This document shows positions 8,565-17,734 of a stretch of DNA of 64,000 bases, piece by piece. The position numbers and the translations under genes were made by a program. The DNA is from a virus. Location: the IMG/VR virus record IMGVR_UViG_3300013901_000001; one strand, written 5' to 3'. Under the pieces are notes generated by a model. It searched no databases and was not told the DNA's origin. It saw only the letters and a list, made by a program, of their open reading frames with translations. Within the stretch, counting starts at the first letter, position 1, and every line of letters begins with the position of its first letter.

Positions 8565-8585
8565 CCGCGCCCCTTGTGGGCGTGG
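8565..8585 (+). promoter_or_regulatory. GC-rich hairpin downstream of VR1 (DGR homing-associated type)
   Basis: CCGCGCCC-CTTGT-GGGCGTGG, 8 bp including one G-T pair, 27 nt after the VR. Confidence 0.7.
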
Positions 8586-8621
8586 AAATGGAAGTAAATT
8601 GAAGATTAATGGAGGTAAACC

Positions 8622-8930
8622 ATGAAATATTTAATTGAATTAGAGCCAATCAAAGGAACAAACCTTTATAAGGCGAAGGGATTTAACACACTGGTTTTTG
8701 ATGAATACGGATTGCAACAGCTTACACCGGTTGAAGAGTTTCATAGGATTCCGGTAGTCGGAGATACCATAAGAACAGAAAACGGAACCACCCTTTATGA
8801 ATTTAGAGGTTACGACGAAAACGGAAGAACCAATGCGGTAAATATAACAAATGGATCGTATGTGAATTTGAGAAGCGACCATATCATCGTTGTAGACGAT
8901 AAAACTAATCCGGAAAAAATAGAGTGCTAA
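8622..8930 (+). CDS. hypothetical protein
   Basis: GGAGG upstream; 102 aa. Confidence 0.5.
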   Translation: MKYLIELEPIKGTNLYKAKGFNTLVFDEYGLQQLTPVEEFHRIPVVGDTIRTENGTTLYEFRGYDENGRTNAVNITNGSYVNLRSDHIIVVDDKTNPEKIEC

Positions 8931-8946
8931 AGGAGAACGATGCAGA

Positions 8947-9531
8947 TTGAGTTATCAAGATATAAGAAAGCAAAAGGCGATAGAGCAGAAGAACCGGAAA
9001 CGCCTGTTGGAAGTTAACGGGAGCCTTGATGATAGTAGCGGAATTTACTTTTTGACACGCACGGACGAAAACGGCATTAAATACGCCTACATCGGACAGG
9101 CAAAGCACATTCTCACAAGGCTTGCACAGCACCTTGTCGGTTATCAGCATATCGACCTCTCGTTGAAGTCTCATGGTTTGTATTCTGTTGATAATATTTA
9201 CGGTTGGAAGATTGGGTTTCTGCATTTTCCGTTAGAAAAACTGGACGAAAAAGAACAATATTACATAAGGCAGTATGCAGTGAATGGTTATCAGCTTCGG
9301 AACAAAACCGGTGGCGGTCAAGGAAAAGGGAAAGAGAAGATTGACGAATATCGACCGGCGAAAAGCTATTATGACGGCTTAAAACAGGGCAGAAAGAACC
9401 TTGCGAGGGAATTGTCCTGTATCATTGAAAAACACCTTGTTATTTCTTTGAAAGCGGAGAAACAGGGAAATAAGGTTTCACAGAAGCAGTACGAAAAGTT
9501 TATGGATTTGCTAAAGGTTGGTGATGAATGA
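8947..9531 (+). CDS. GIY-YIG domain nuclease
   Basis: GIYFLTRTDENGIKYAYIGQA... then YYIRQY and NGYQLRN. Confidence 0.65.
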   Translation: MSYQDIRKQKAIEQKNRKRLLEVNGSLDDSSGIYFLTRTDENGIKYAYIGQAKHILTRLAQHLVGYQHIDLSLKSHGLYSVDNIYGWKIGFLHFPLEKLDEKEQYYIRQYAVNGYQLRNKTGGGQGKGKEKIDEYRPAKSYYDGLKQGRKNLARELSCIIEKHLVISLKAEKQGNKVSQKQYEKFMDLLKVGDE

Positions 9532-9706
9532 CATGGAAGAGATCAAAGACGAAAGAGAGTATTGCGAATGGGAAGAGGTTTATACACCGAAAACACTTCC
9601 GTTTTTCAATACTTCATGTGGAAAAATTAGATTAAATTATTCCACAGGTTATGATATTTACTGCAATGCTTGCGGAAAGAAAATCAAGTTGATTAAGAAA
9701 AAATAA
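9524..9706 (+). CDS. small zinc-ribbon protein
   Basis: C..C...CNACGKK pattern; overlaps upstream stop. Confidence 0.4.
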   Translation: MNDMEEIKDEREYCEWEEVYTPKTLPFFNTSCGKIRLNYSTGYDIYCNACGKKIKLIKKK

Positions 9707-9758
9707 AGAAAGGAATAAGGTTGTGCGCACATAAAACCATGGTTTCCTTTCAAGAGAA

Positions 9759-11135
9759 ATGGATTACGAAGAGTTTTTAAAGAATAAAAGATTTGTTTTA
9801 GAAAGTAGTGGATTCGATATTGATAAATCCCAATTAAATCCGATGCTATACGACTTTCAGAAAGACATAGTTCGGTGGGCATTGAAGAAAGGAAAAGCCT
9901 GTATATTTGCAGATTGCGGACTTGGGAAAACACCTATGCAGTTATCGTGGGCGCATCAAGTTCACATGCATACTGGTGGGGATGTTCTTATTCTTACACC
10001 ATTAGCTGTTGCCGAACAGACAAAGCGAGAGGCTGAAAAATTCGGATATGATGCAAAAGTAGTTGATAAACAGGATGATTGCATCAACGGAATAAATATA
10101 ACGAACTATGAAAAGCTGGACAGGTTTGCTGCGAATCATTTTTCCGGAATTGTTCTTGATGAGAGCAGTATTTTGAAATCTTACAGTGGAAAAGTAAGAA
10201 CTGCCATTATTCAGAATTTCCATGAAGTTCCTTACAAATTAGCTTGCACAGCTACTCCAGCACCAAACGATTATATGGAATTGGGGAATCATTCGGAATT
10301 TTGTGGAGTGATGACAAGACCAGAAATGCTATCAATGTTCTTTGTGCATGATGGTGGAGAAACATCGAAATGGAGATTGAAAGGTCATGCAGAGGATGTG
10401 TTCTGGCAGTGGCTATCTACATTTAGCGTATTTGTTGATAATCCGAACAATATCGGATACGAGATTGATGGATATAATCTACCAGAACTTAAAATAAAAG
10501 AAATAATTGTGGATGGGGATACGACAACAACAGAGAACTTGACATTAACAGAACGGAGACAAGCGAGAAAGGATAGCTTGCAAAAAAGATGCGAATGTGC
10601 ATCAGAACTTGTAAATAATTCTAATGAGCAATGGCTTGTATGGTGTGACTTGAATGATGAAAGCCATAAGCTGCATGAATTAATCGAAGAAAGCGTTGAA
10701 GTTGAGGGAAGTGATAAAGAACAACACAAGTCTTCAGCCATGCTTGATTTTAGCAATGGGAATATAAAGTGTCTTGTTACAAAACCTAAAATTGCCGGAT
10801 TTGGGATGAATTGGCAGAACTGTCATAACATGATTTTTACCGGACTTTCGGATAGTTATGAGCAGTATTATCAGGCTCTCCGCAGATGTTGGAGATTTGG
10901 CCAGAGTGAACAGGTGAATGTTTATATTATCATTTCATCAAAAGAAGGATGCGTGAAAGAAAACATTGAAAGAAAGCAGAAAGACTTTGCAAAAATGCAG
11001 AAAGAAATGACAGAACTCACAAAGGAAATAACAAAAAAAGAACTAAGGAGTACGTGTAGGATTTCCACACCATATGAACCGCAAATACATCTAACTTTAC
11101 CGATGTGGGATGAATTTAAGAAAGGAAATGAATAG
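9759..11135 (+). CDS. SNF2/DEAD-like superfamily 2 helicase
   Basis: GLGKT Walker A, DESS box, TATPAPN, QALRRCWRFGQ motif VI. Confidence 0.85.
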   Translation: MDYEEFLKNKRFVLESSGFDIDKSQLNPMLYDFQKDIVRWALKKGKACIFADCGLGKTPMQLSWAHQVHMHTGGDVLILTPLAVAEQTKREAEKFGYDAKVVDKQDDCINGINITNYEKLDRFAANHFSGIVLDESSILKSYSGKVRTAIIQNFHEVPYKLACTATPAPNDYMELGNHSEFCGVMTRPEMLSMFFVHDGGETSKWRLKGHAEDVFWQWLSTFSVFVDNPNNIGYEIDGYNLPELKIKEIIVDGDTTTTENLTLTERRQARKDSLQKRCECASELVNNSNEQWLVWCDLNDESHKLHELIEESVEVEGSDKEQHKSSAMLDFSNGNIKCLVTKPKIAGFGMNWQNCHNMIFTGLSDSYEQYYQALRRCWRFGQSEQVNVYIIISSKEGCVKENIERKQKDFAKMQKEMTELTKEITKKELRSTCRISTPYEPQIHLTLPMWDEFKKGNE

Positions 11136-11136
11136 A

Positions 11137-12063
11137 ATGGACGTTTTAGCACAGACAATAGAAAAGAATTATGCAATTTACAATGGAGATAGTTGCGAAC
11201 TGATTAAGGCAATTCCGAATAATAGCATTCATTACACTATTTTTAGTCCACCATTTGCAAGCCTATATACTTACTCCAACAGTGATAGGGATATGGGAAA
11301 CAGCAAGGGAGATGATGAATTTTACGAACACTTTAAATTCCTAGCAACAGAACTTTATAGGGTAACGATGCCTGGACGATTGCTTTCGTTTCACTGCATG
11401 GATTTACCACTAATGAAAGAAAGGGATGGCGTGATCGGATTAAAAGATTTCCCGGCACTTGTAAGACAGATTTTTGAAGATTGCGGTTTTATTTATCATA
11501 GTAAGGTGACGATTTGGAAAAATCCGGTCACAGAAATGCAGAGAACTAAGGCACATGGGCTTCTTCACAAGCAAATAAGGAAAGACAGTACAATGAACAG
11601 GCAAGGAATCCCAGATTACATTGTTACGATGCGGAAACCGGGCGAGAATCCAGAGAGAGTATCGCATACACATGAAACATTTCCTGTTGATGTGTGGCAG
11701 AATTACGCAAGTCCTGTATGGATGGATATTCGGCAGTCTGATACATTGCAAAAGAAGTCTGCAAGGGAAAACAAGGATGAGCGTCATATCTGTCCGTTAC
11801 AATTAGAAGTAATTCAAAGATGCATTGAATTATGGACGAATAAAAATGACATAGTTTTAGATCCGTTTGCCGGAATTGGCAGCAGCCCATACGTTGCTGT
11901 TACGATGGGGAGACGTGGCATAGGATTTGAACTTAAAGAAAGCTACTATAAACAGGCTGTTGCAAACCTTGAAGCAGCAGTAAGTTTTAATAAGATGGAT
12001 TGCCCGGTAGGTCAAATGTCAATTGAGGATTTTTTAGGGGAGAATGTCTTGCAGTGCAGTTAA
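11137..12063 (+). CDS. DNA methyltransferase, N6-adenine/N4-cytosine class
   Basis: SPPF catalytic motif near the N-terminus and DPFAGIGSS AdoMet motif near the C-terminus. Confidence 0.85.
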   Translation: MDVLAQTIEKNYAIYNGDSCELIKAIPNNSIHYTIFSPPFASLYTYSNSDRDMGNSKGDDEFYEHFKFLATELYRVTMPGRLLSFHCMDLPLMKERDGVIGLKDFPALVRQIFEDCGFIYHSKVTIWKNPVTEMQRTKAHGLLHKQIRKDSTMNRQGIPDYIVTMRKPGENPERVSHTHETFPVDVWQNYASPVWMDIRQSDTLQKKSARENKDERHICPLQLEVIQRCIELWTNKNDIVLDPFAGIGSSPYVAVTMGRRGIGFELKESYYKQAVANLEAAVSFNKMDCPVGQMSIEDFLGENVLQCS

Positions 12064-12133
12064 CCATATTCGATTATGAATAAAAATATTCTGATTGGAA
12101 TAAAAAAATTCATGGAACTTGAAAGGAGTAAAA

Positions 12134-12697
12134 ATGCCAAAACATTATGATGATCCACAGGAAATTGCAAGAATGATGTTGGAATTGAAGCGTTTACGGC
12201 AGACGGCGCAGAGAAGTCCGTTTACAGGATTGCTTACCATTTTCTGCTATGTCTTGTGGAAAGATTACAAATACAGTCAGACGAAACTTGCGAAATTCTG
12301 CGAGGACTTTTCAAAGTACGATGCAGAATATGACGGACAGAATATTTCCAAACTTGATAACGGGTTATGGGATTATGCCGATTGGAAAGTGGAATTTACG
12401 CCGTATACTGAAAAGGATTATCCGTTTTACAAGTCCCCTATGGCACAGAAAGTAGTACGGGAACAGGTGAAAGCCAACAACGAAATTAATGAGAAAGCGA
12501 CGAGGTATTTAACCTACGGATTTACGGTTTTGATGAATGACGGAACGAAGAAACAGAAGTTGACAAACATCAAAGATAAAATCCAGAAGCGCATTGATGA
12601 AGTGACCGCCGATGAAAGAGACAAGTGCATCATGGATTTGTGGAAAGAGTTGGTTGACGAAGCCGGAATTTACATTGAGAAACCGGTGATCGATTAA
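12134..12697 (+). CDS. hypothetical protein
   Basis: AAAGGAG then ATG 12134. Confidence 0.5.
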   Translation: MPKHYDDPQEIARMMLELKRLRQTAQRSPFTGLLTIFCYVLWKDYKYSQTKLAKFCEDFSKYDAEYDGQNISKLDNGLWDYADWKVEFTPYTEKDYPFYKSPMAQKVVREQVKANNEINEKATRYLTYGFTVLMNDGTKKQKLTNIKDKIQKRIDEVTADERDKCIMDLWKELVDEAGIYIEKPVID

Positions 12698-12716
12698 AGG
12701 AAAGGAGTTGTTATGA

Positions 12717-13412
12717 GTGAAAGGAAAACGAACGTTTGACATAAAGCTTGTTAGTTCCGACGCTTTTCTTAATATGCCGATATCTGCACAATGTTTATTC
12801 TTCCACCTTTGCATCAGGGCAGACGATGAAGGATTTGTTGACCGTGTAAAAAGCATTATAAAACAGTGCGGTGCTACGGATGAAGATTTGGAAGTGTTGA
12901 AGAAAAAGAGATACGTTCTTACATTTCCAGAATCGAATGTCATCGTGATTAAACACTGGAAACTTCACAATCTGATTGACAAGGACGAGTTTGAACCTAC
13001 GGTATATGCCGAGGAAAAGTCAAAACTGTACGAAAAAGAGAACGGTGCTTATACCTTTGATTCACGCAAGGCTGAAAAGTTGAGTGAAAAATTGAGTATC
13101 TGTGAACGGAAAACTCAATTAGATACTGTAAAAGAAGTGATTTCCTATTTAAACGAGAAATGCGGTACGAAATACCGTTACTCCACGCTTGCTAATCAGA
13201 GAGGAATCGTTGCAAGGCTTAATGAGGGAAATTACACCGTTGAAGATTTTAAGGCAGTGATTGATAAAAAGGTGGCTGATTGGGGCAATAACCCTACAAT
13301 GTGCACCTATTTACGACCGGAAACTTTGTTCGGAAACAAGTTTGAAAGCTATCTTAATCAGTTATCTTCTTCCGGAAAAACTGAATTTGACGAATGGGGT
13401 GATTGCCGTTGA
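12717..13412 (+). CDS. phage replisome organiser-like protein
   Basis: N-terminal SDAFLNMPISAQCLFFHLCIRADDEGFV and C-terminal VISYLNEKCGTKYR...ETLFGNKFESYLNQ pattern; GTG start after AGGAG. Confidence 0.6.
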   Translation: MKGKRTFDIKLVSSDAFLNMPISAQCLFFHLCIRADDEGFVDRVKSIIKQCGATDEDLEVLKKKRYVLTFPESNVIVIKHWKLHNLIDKDEFEPTVYAEEKSKLYEKENGAYTFDSRKAEKLSEKLSICERKTQLDTVKEVISYLNEKCGTKYRYSTLANQRGIVARLNEGNYTVEDFKAVIDKKVADWGNNPTMCTYLRPETLFGNKFESYLNQLSSSGKTEFDEWGDCR

Positions 13413-14035
13413 CACGTGATGAAACAATAGAAATTTTGATGATGGTTCAAGCAGCTTACCCGAATTTTAACGTACCGGACAAAAAAGTCACGGTCAACAC
13501 ATGGTTTCTCTTCTTTGAGAATTACTCGGTTGATGTGATTAAGGGAGCATTAATGGCATACATCACAAGTGATAAGAACGGATTCGCTCCGGCAATCGGA
13601 CAGATTATCGAAATTGCAGAGTCCATGACAAACGCACAGGAACTTGACAGTATGGCGGCGTGGTCTCTTGTCAGTAAGGCATTGCGAAATGGATATTATC
13701 ACGCAAGGGAAGAGTTTGAAAAACTGCCGAAACTGGTACAACAAGCGGTCGGAAGTCCGGACAATCTTCGAAATTGGAGTACATCGGATTATAGTGCGAT
13801 TGAAACCGTGATTCAAAGTAACTTCTTACGGTCTTACCGGATATGCGTTGAACGTGATAAGAAGATGCGTTGTATGCCGGAACAAATCAGAAACCAGATC
13901 GAAAACAATATACCTGTTTTTCATCTTCCGGAATCAGAACCGAAACCGATGATTGAGCAAAATAAAACGGACGGAATTTCAGAAAAAACGGAAAAGTTGC
14001 TGGAAGAGTTTAAAAGAAAGGAAATGATGAATTGA
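13403..14035 (+). CDS. putative replication accessory / helicase-loader-like protein
   Basis: Position after the replisome organiser; weak resemblance only. Confidence 0.35.
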   Translation: MPLTRDETIEILMMVQAAYPNFNVPDKKVTVNTWFLFFENYSVDVIKGALMAYITSDKNGFAPAIGQIIEIAESMTNAQELDSMAAWSLVSKALRNGYYHAREEFEKLPKLVQQAVGSPDNLRNWSTSDYSAIETVIQSNFLRSYRICVERDKKMRCMPEQIRNQIENNIPVFHLPESEPKPMIEQNKTDGISEKTEKLLEEFKRKEMMN

Positions 14036-14442
14036 TGAAAGATTATTGTATTTTCCACGAACGAATGAAAAGCAGAATGAATCTTTGTTGTATGACCGGA
14101 AGAGAACTTTCCGAAAAGACGGGAATAACAGAAGTTTCAATAAGCAGATATTTAACAGGGCAAAGAGTTCCAAAAGCGACAGAAATAATAAAAATTGCAA
14201 ATGCTTTGAATTGCTCTTGTGATTATCTTTTAGGAAAAAATCCGAAGAAAAATTTATCCGTCAAAGAAGCTATCAATATTCTTGAATTAAATAGACCTTT
14301 TGAAGAAAATGAACTTCAAAATGCGCTTGATATTGCGATCGAATCGTTAAAAATGCAAATAAAAATGGAAAAAGAATGTTCTGCTTATGATGAGTGCCGC
14401 AAGTGTAATATTTGCCTTAGCGATTTCATTATAGAAAAGTAA
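14035..14442 (+). CDS. XRE-family HTH protein
   Basis: LSEKTGITEVSISRYLTGQRVPKATEIIKIANALNCSCDYLLG. Confidence 0.7.
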   Translation: MKDYCIFHERMKSRMNLCCMTGRELSEKTGITEVSISRYLTGQRVPKATEIIKIANALNCSCDYLLGKNPKKNLSVKEAINILELNRPFEENELQNALDIAIESLKMQIKMEKECSAYDECRKCNICLSDFIIEK

Positions 14443-14484
14443 ATGAACGGAAATATGAATATCCGGTATTGAGAAAGGATCTTT

Positions 14485-14688
14485 ATGAAGCAAACATTTA
14501 TAGTAGGAATCGAAACTAATCACAAAAGTTTTAATTCTTGGATTGCGGAACATGACAAGACAGTAAGAGAGAAAGCACTCGATGATGCGATTCTTTATTT
14601 TGAAAAGCACGCACACGAGATATACGATCATGTGAGTGCAAGAGATTTTATTTGTGACAGGTTGGAAGAACTGAAAAACAAAAAATAA
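14485..14688 (+). CDS. hypothetical protein
   Basis: 67-aa ORF in the same-strand operon. Confidence 0.45.
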   Translation: MKQTFIVGIETNHKSFNSWIAEHDKTVREKALDDAILYFEKHAHEIYDHVSARDFICDRLEELKNKK

Positions 14689-14705
14689 AAATGGAGGGTT
14701 TTAAA

Positions 14706-15275
14706 ATGAAAGCATGGAGAAAAGTAAAAATGGAGATCAAAAACTATAAGGTCGGAGATCAGATCGCGGTGAAACTCAAAGGTTTTGGGAAATTTACGGC
14801 TACGGCGCAGAGAGTTTATGACGATGGAAAAACGCTGTTTCTTTTCGATAACTGCGTTGCAGAACGGCATATGAACGAAAACGGTTCAAATTCCGGAGGT
14901 TTTTATGAATCCGACTTATGCAAGTGGATGAATACAAAATTGGTGAAAACTTTTCCTGCTAAACTTCTTGACCGCATGATTTATACGGACGAAGAGCATG
15001 AATGTCTGCTTCGAATTCCGACAAGAAAGGAAATGTTCGGAGAGAATGAATATAGCGAAAATTACGAACCTGATTTAGACAAACAGCTTGAACTTATGAA
15101 AGACAGAAAAAATCGTGTATGCTCACTTCCTGATGATGAATATGCATGGTATTGGTTGATGAACGCGAATATCCGGTCGTCGTCTGGCTTCGCTTGTGTC
15201 CCTAGCCGTGGCACTGCGCTCACCGGCGACGCGTCTGCCTCCCTCGGGGTTCGTCCGGCTTTCCTAATCAAGTAA
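14706..15275 (+). CDS. DGR target protein 2, paralogue of target 1
   Basis: GGAGG then ATG 14706; VGDQIAVKL...GGFYESDL...WYWLMNANIRSSSGFACVPSRGTALTGDASASLGVRPAFLIK. Confidence 0.85.
   Translation: MKAWRKVKMEIKNYKVGDQIAVKLKGFGKFTATAQRVYDDGKTLFLFDNCVAERHMNENGSNSGGFYESDLCKWMNTKLVKTFPAKLLDRMIYTDEEHECLLRIPTRKEMFGENEYSENYEPDLDKQLELMKDRKNRVCSLPDDEYAWYWLMNANIRSSSGFACVPSRGTALTGDASASLGVRPAFLIK
15170..15257 (+). repeat. DGR variable repeat VR2
   Basis: 88-nt gap-free match to the TR; all 19 differences are at TR adenines. Confidence 0.9.
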
Positions 15276-15283
15276 TCATTAAT

Positions 15284-15304
15284 CCGCGCCCCTTGTGGGC
15301 GTGG
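15284..15304 (+). promoter_or_regulatory. GC-rich hairpin downstream of VR2
   Basis: Identical to the VR1 hairpin; the ~70 nt after both stops are identical. Confidence 0.7.
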
Positions 15305-15341
15305 AAATGGAAGTAAAATTAAAATTTCGGAGGTAAAGTAG

Positions 15342-15929
15342 ATGGCACGATATAGAGCAAAATCATGTGAAATTGAAGCAATTCAATGGACTGATAATAC
15401 AAATGAAATAAAATCATTTTGTGGAAATAGTTGCACATATTCCGTAGAAGAACAGTGCATGGGAAGTTGGAAAGGCATTCCGATCGAGAGATTGGTTATT
15501 CACACATTGGAAGGAGATATGGTTGTAAGCAGAAACGACTACATCATAAAAGGATTGAAAGGTGAATTTTATCCATGCAAGCCAGATGTATTTAACCAAA
15601 AGTATAAATTAATAAATGATACTATGGAAATACAAGAAGAGCAGAGATGGATACCGGTAACTGAAAGGCTGCCGGAAGAACTTACACCAGTAAATATTAC
15701 GTGGATAAATAGAAATCCTGAACAATATTATGCGGATATAAAGGATGTTCCTTTTTCCGCTACAGGAGTTTTTCATCGCGGAAAGTGGTATTGGTGGTCG
15801 GTAGTAGTTGTTGATTATCTTTCGGAATATGGAAGATATGACATGGATTTAGTAGATAAAGATATTGAAATTGTAGCATGGCAACCATTACCGGATCCCT
15901 ACAAAGGAGAAAATAACCACAATATGTAG
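15342..15929 (+). CDS. DUF551-like domain protein
   Basis: C-terminal WIPVTERLPEE...VAWQPLPDPY pattern. Confidence 0.55.
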   Translation: MARYRAKSCEIEAIQWTDNTNEIKSFCGNSCTYSVEEQCMGSWKGIPIERLVIHTLEGDMVVSRNDYIIKGLKGEFYPCKPDVFNQKYKLINDTMEIQEEQRWIPVTERLPEELTPVNITWINRNPEQYYADIKDVPFSATGVFHRGKWYWWSVVVVDYLSEYGRYDMDLVDKDIEIVAWQPLPDPYKGENNHNM

Positions 15930-15956
15930 CAATCCCGGATCGCAAGATTTGGTATG
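15914..15956. repeat. 43-bp repeat, copy 1 (imperfect palindrome; candidate recombinase or regulator site)
   Basis: TAACCACAATATGTAGCAATCCCGGATCGCAAGATTTGGTATG; 40/43 identical to 28374-28416, same orientation. Confidence 0.85.
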
Positions 15957-15972
15957 GAAAGAGAGGAAAATA

Positions 15973-16344
15973 ATGGCAAGGAGAAAATTGTTACACATAA
16001 GTAAATTAAATGATTTTGGGGAATGGCTTGAAGAACAAGGATATATGATTTTACCAACGAGCAAAAATCCATATGAGGTTTTAAGAGCAAAAAAGGATAA
16101 GGATATAGTGATCATTTATTGCAAAGCAAGTAATAAGGAATATTTGTCCATAATGGATAAGGATTATTCCTTAATTCGTAGATTTATCAATGAAAGTAAG
16201 AAGCAAACCAATGCAGACCGGATCCGGAGCATGACGTATAAAGAGTTGGCGAGATTTCTTCTAGGATTTAAAAATACATTCGGTGAAGAATATGAAGGCG
16301 AATCGAGTTGCGTTGATTGGTTAAAATCAGAAAGTGAGGAATAA
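15973..16344 (+). CDS. hypothetical protein
   Basis: GAGAGGA then ATG 15973. Confidence 0.5.
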   Translation: MARRKLLHISKLNDFGEWLEEQGYMILPTSKNPYEVLRAKKDKDIVIIYCKASNKEYLSIMDKDYSLIRRFINESKKQTNADRIRSMTYKELARFLLGFKNTFGEEYEGESSCVDWLKSESEE

Positions 16345-16345
16345 C

Positions 16346-16489
16346 ATGAGCAAAACATATTATAAACCGCTTACGCCAAAATTAAGAGAAGAAATTAATG
16401 ATGAGATAATTTCCAATATGGCAGAGTTACAAACTTGTCAAAGTAATGTGTTTGTAAACGCGCAGATGATTGGATATGAAGCGTTTTAA
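16346..16489 (+). CDS. small hypothetical protein (47 aa)
   Basis: GTGAGGA then ATG 16346; below the ORF-track cutoff. Confidence 0.35.
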   Translation: MSKTYYKPLTPKLREEINDEIISNMAELQTCQSNVFVNAQMIGYEAF

Positions 16490-16551
16490 ACTATTATCAA
16501 TGCACTGCCAGACGGATATTTAATTCCATTTGAAAGAGAGTGAGGTATAGC

Positions 16552-17190
16552 ATGGAATATGGATATGTTAGAGTTTCTTCTAAAGAACAAAATGAAGCTA
16601 GGCAACTTGACGCGCTACGCAAACAGGGCATAGAGGATTGTAATATCTACACGGACAAGCAATCCGGAAAAGATTTTAATAGACCAAAATACAAAACTTT
16701 ATATCGAAAATTAGGAAAAGGAGATATTTTGTACGTAAAAAGCATTGATCGTATGGGGAGAAATTACGACGAGATAATTCAAGAATGGCGTAGAATTACG
16801 AGATTCCGTGAGGCTGATATTGTAGTTCTAGATATGCCATTACTTGATACGAGACGAGGAAAGGATCTCATGGGTACATTCTTAAGTGACATTGTTTTAC
16901 AAGTTCTTTCTTTCGTGGCAGAAAATGAACGTACCAACATTAAGCAAAGGCAGGCAGAGGGAATTGCTGCAGCAAAAGCAAGGGGAGTGAAATTTGGTAG
17001 ACCACCATTGCCAATACCGGAAAACTTTTATCAGATGTACAAAGACTGGCGGGCAGGGAAAATCACAATAGAAGAAGCTGCAAAGGCTTGTAATATGTGC
17101 CCTAAGACATTTTATAGTAAAGCTGTAAAATATGAAAGAGAGGAACAAGATGAACCAGTGTTGTGGAACGTGCAAATGGCACAGTTTTGA
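16552..17190 (+). CDS. small serine recombinase (resolvase/invertase family)
   Basis: MEYGYVRVSSKEQNEARQ...SIDRMGRN catalytic domain plus C-terminal HTH. Confidence 0.85.
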   Translation: MEYGYVRVSSKEQNEARQLDALRKQGIEDCNIYTDKQSGKDFNRPKYKTLYRKLGKGDILYVKSIDRMGRNYDEIIQEWRRITRFREADIVVLDMPLLDTRRGKDLMGTFLSDIVLQVLSFVAENERTNIKQRQAEGIAAAKARGVKFGRPPLPIPENFYQMYKDWRAGKITIEEAAKACNMCPKTFYSKAVKYEREEQDEPVLWNVQMAQF

Positions 17191-17734
17191 AAATATCAGT
17201 GACGGTTGGGTATGTGTGAACAATGACAGTGATTATTGCTCGGACTGGACGGAATATGAGGACAGTTGCGAAGAATGGGGAGGGAAAGGAGTAGCCATGA
17301 CAGAGAATGAAACAATAGAAATAATTGGCAATATTCCTATTGATGGAAAAGACAAGTGTTATACCATAGAGCAGTATCAGGACGCAAAAACAAAAGCAAT
17401 CGAAGCACTGGAAGAGGTTAAGCAGTACCGTAGTCTTGGAACACCGAAAGAATGCCAGACCGCAATGGAACTTTATAAGGAAATGCATAAGCGGAAGTTT
17501 ACACTTGAAGCCGTGGAAGAGTACATGAAGTTTGAGGACGAACTTGTGGAACGCGGACTTACATTTAGTGACCTGATTGATCTTATGGAGAAGAATACAC
17601 CGAAAAAACCGAAGTTTAACGGTAAAAACTGGTACAGATGTCACAATGGTTGCGAGGTTCATAAAAAGGAATTTGAAATGGATCGGTATTGTCCGAAGTG
17701 CGGACAAAAAATTGGCTGGGAAGGGGTTAGATGA
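17150..17734 (+). CDS. cysteine-rich hypothetical protein
   Basis: CCGTCKW... and CHNGC..CPKCG zinc-ribbon-like ends. Confidence 0.45.
   Translation: MNQCCGTCKWHSFENISDGWVCVNNDSDYCSDWTEYEDSCEEWGGKGVAMTENETIEIIGNIPIDGKDKCYTIEQYQDAKTKAIEALEEVKQYRSLGTPKECQTAMELYKEMHKRKFTLEAVEEYMKFEDELVERGLTFSDLIDLMEKNTPKKPKFNGKNWYRCHNGCEVHKKEFEMDRYCPKCGQKIGWEGVR

Noticed and set aside
12249-12455. Internal alternative-frame ORFs such as 12249..12455, 11621..11806, 1673..1873, 20218..20424, 21022..21210, 22069..22260, 23533..23787, 43278..43577, 49503..49945
   Set aside because: All are embedded in longer, better-supported same-strand genes and lack ribosome-binding sites.
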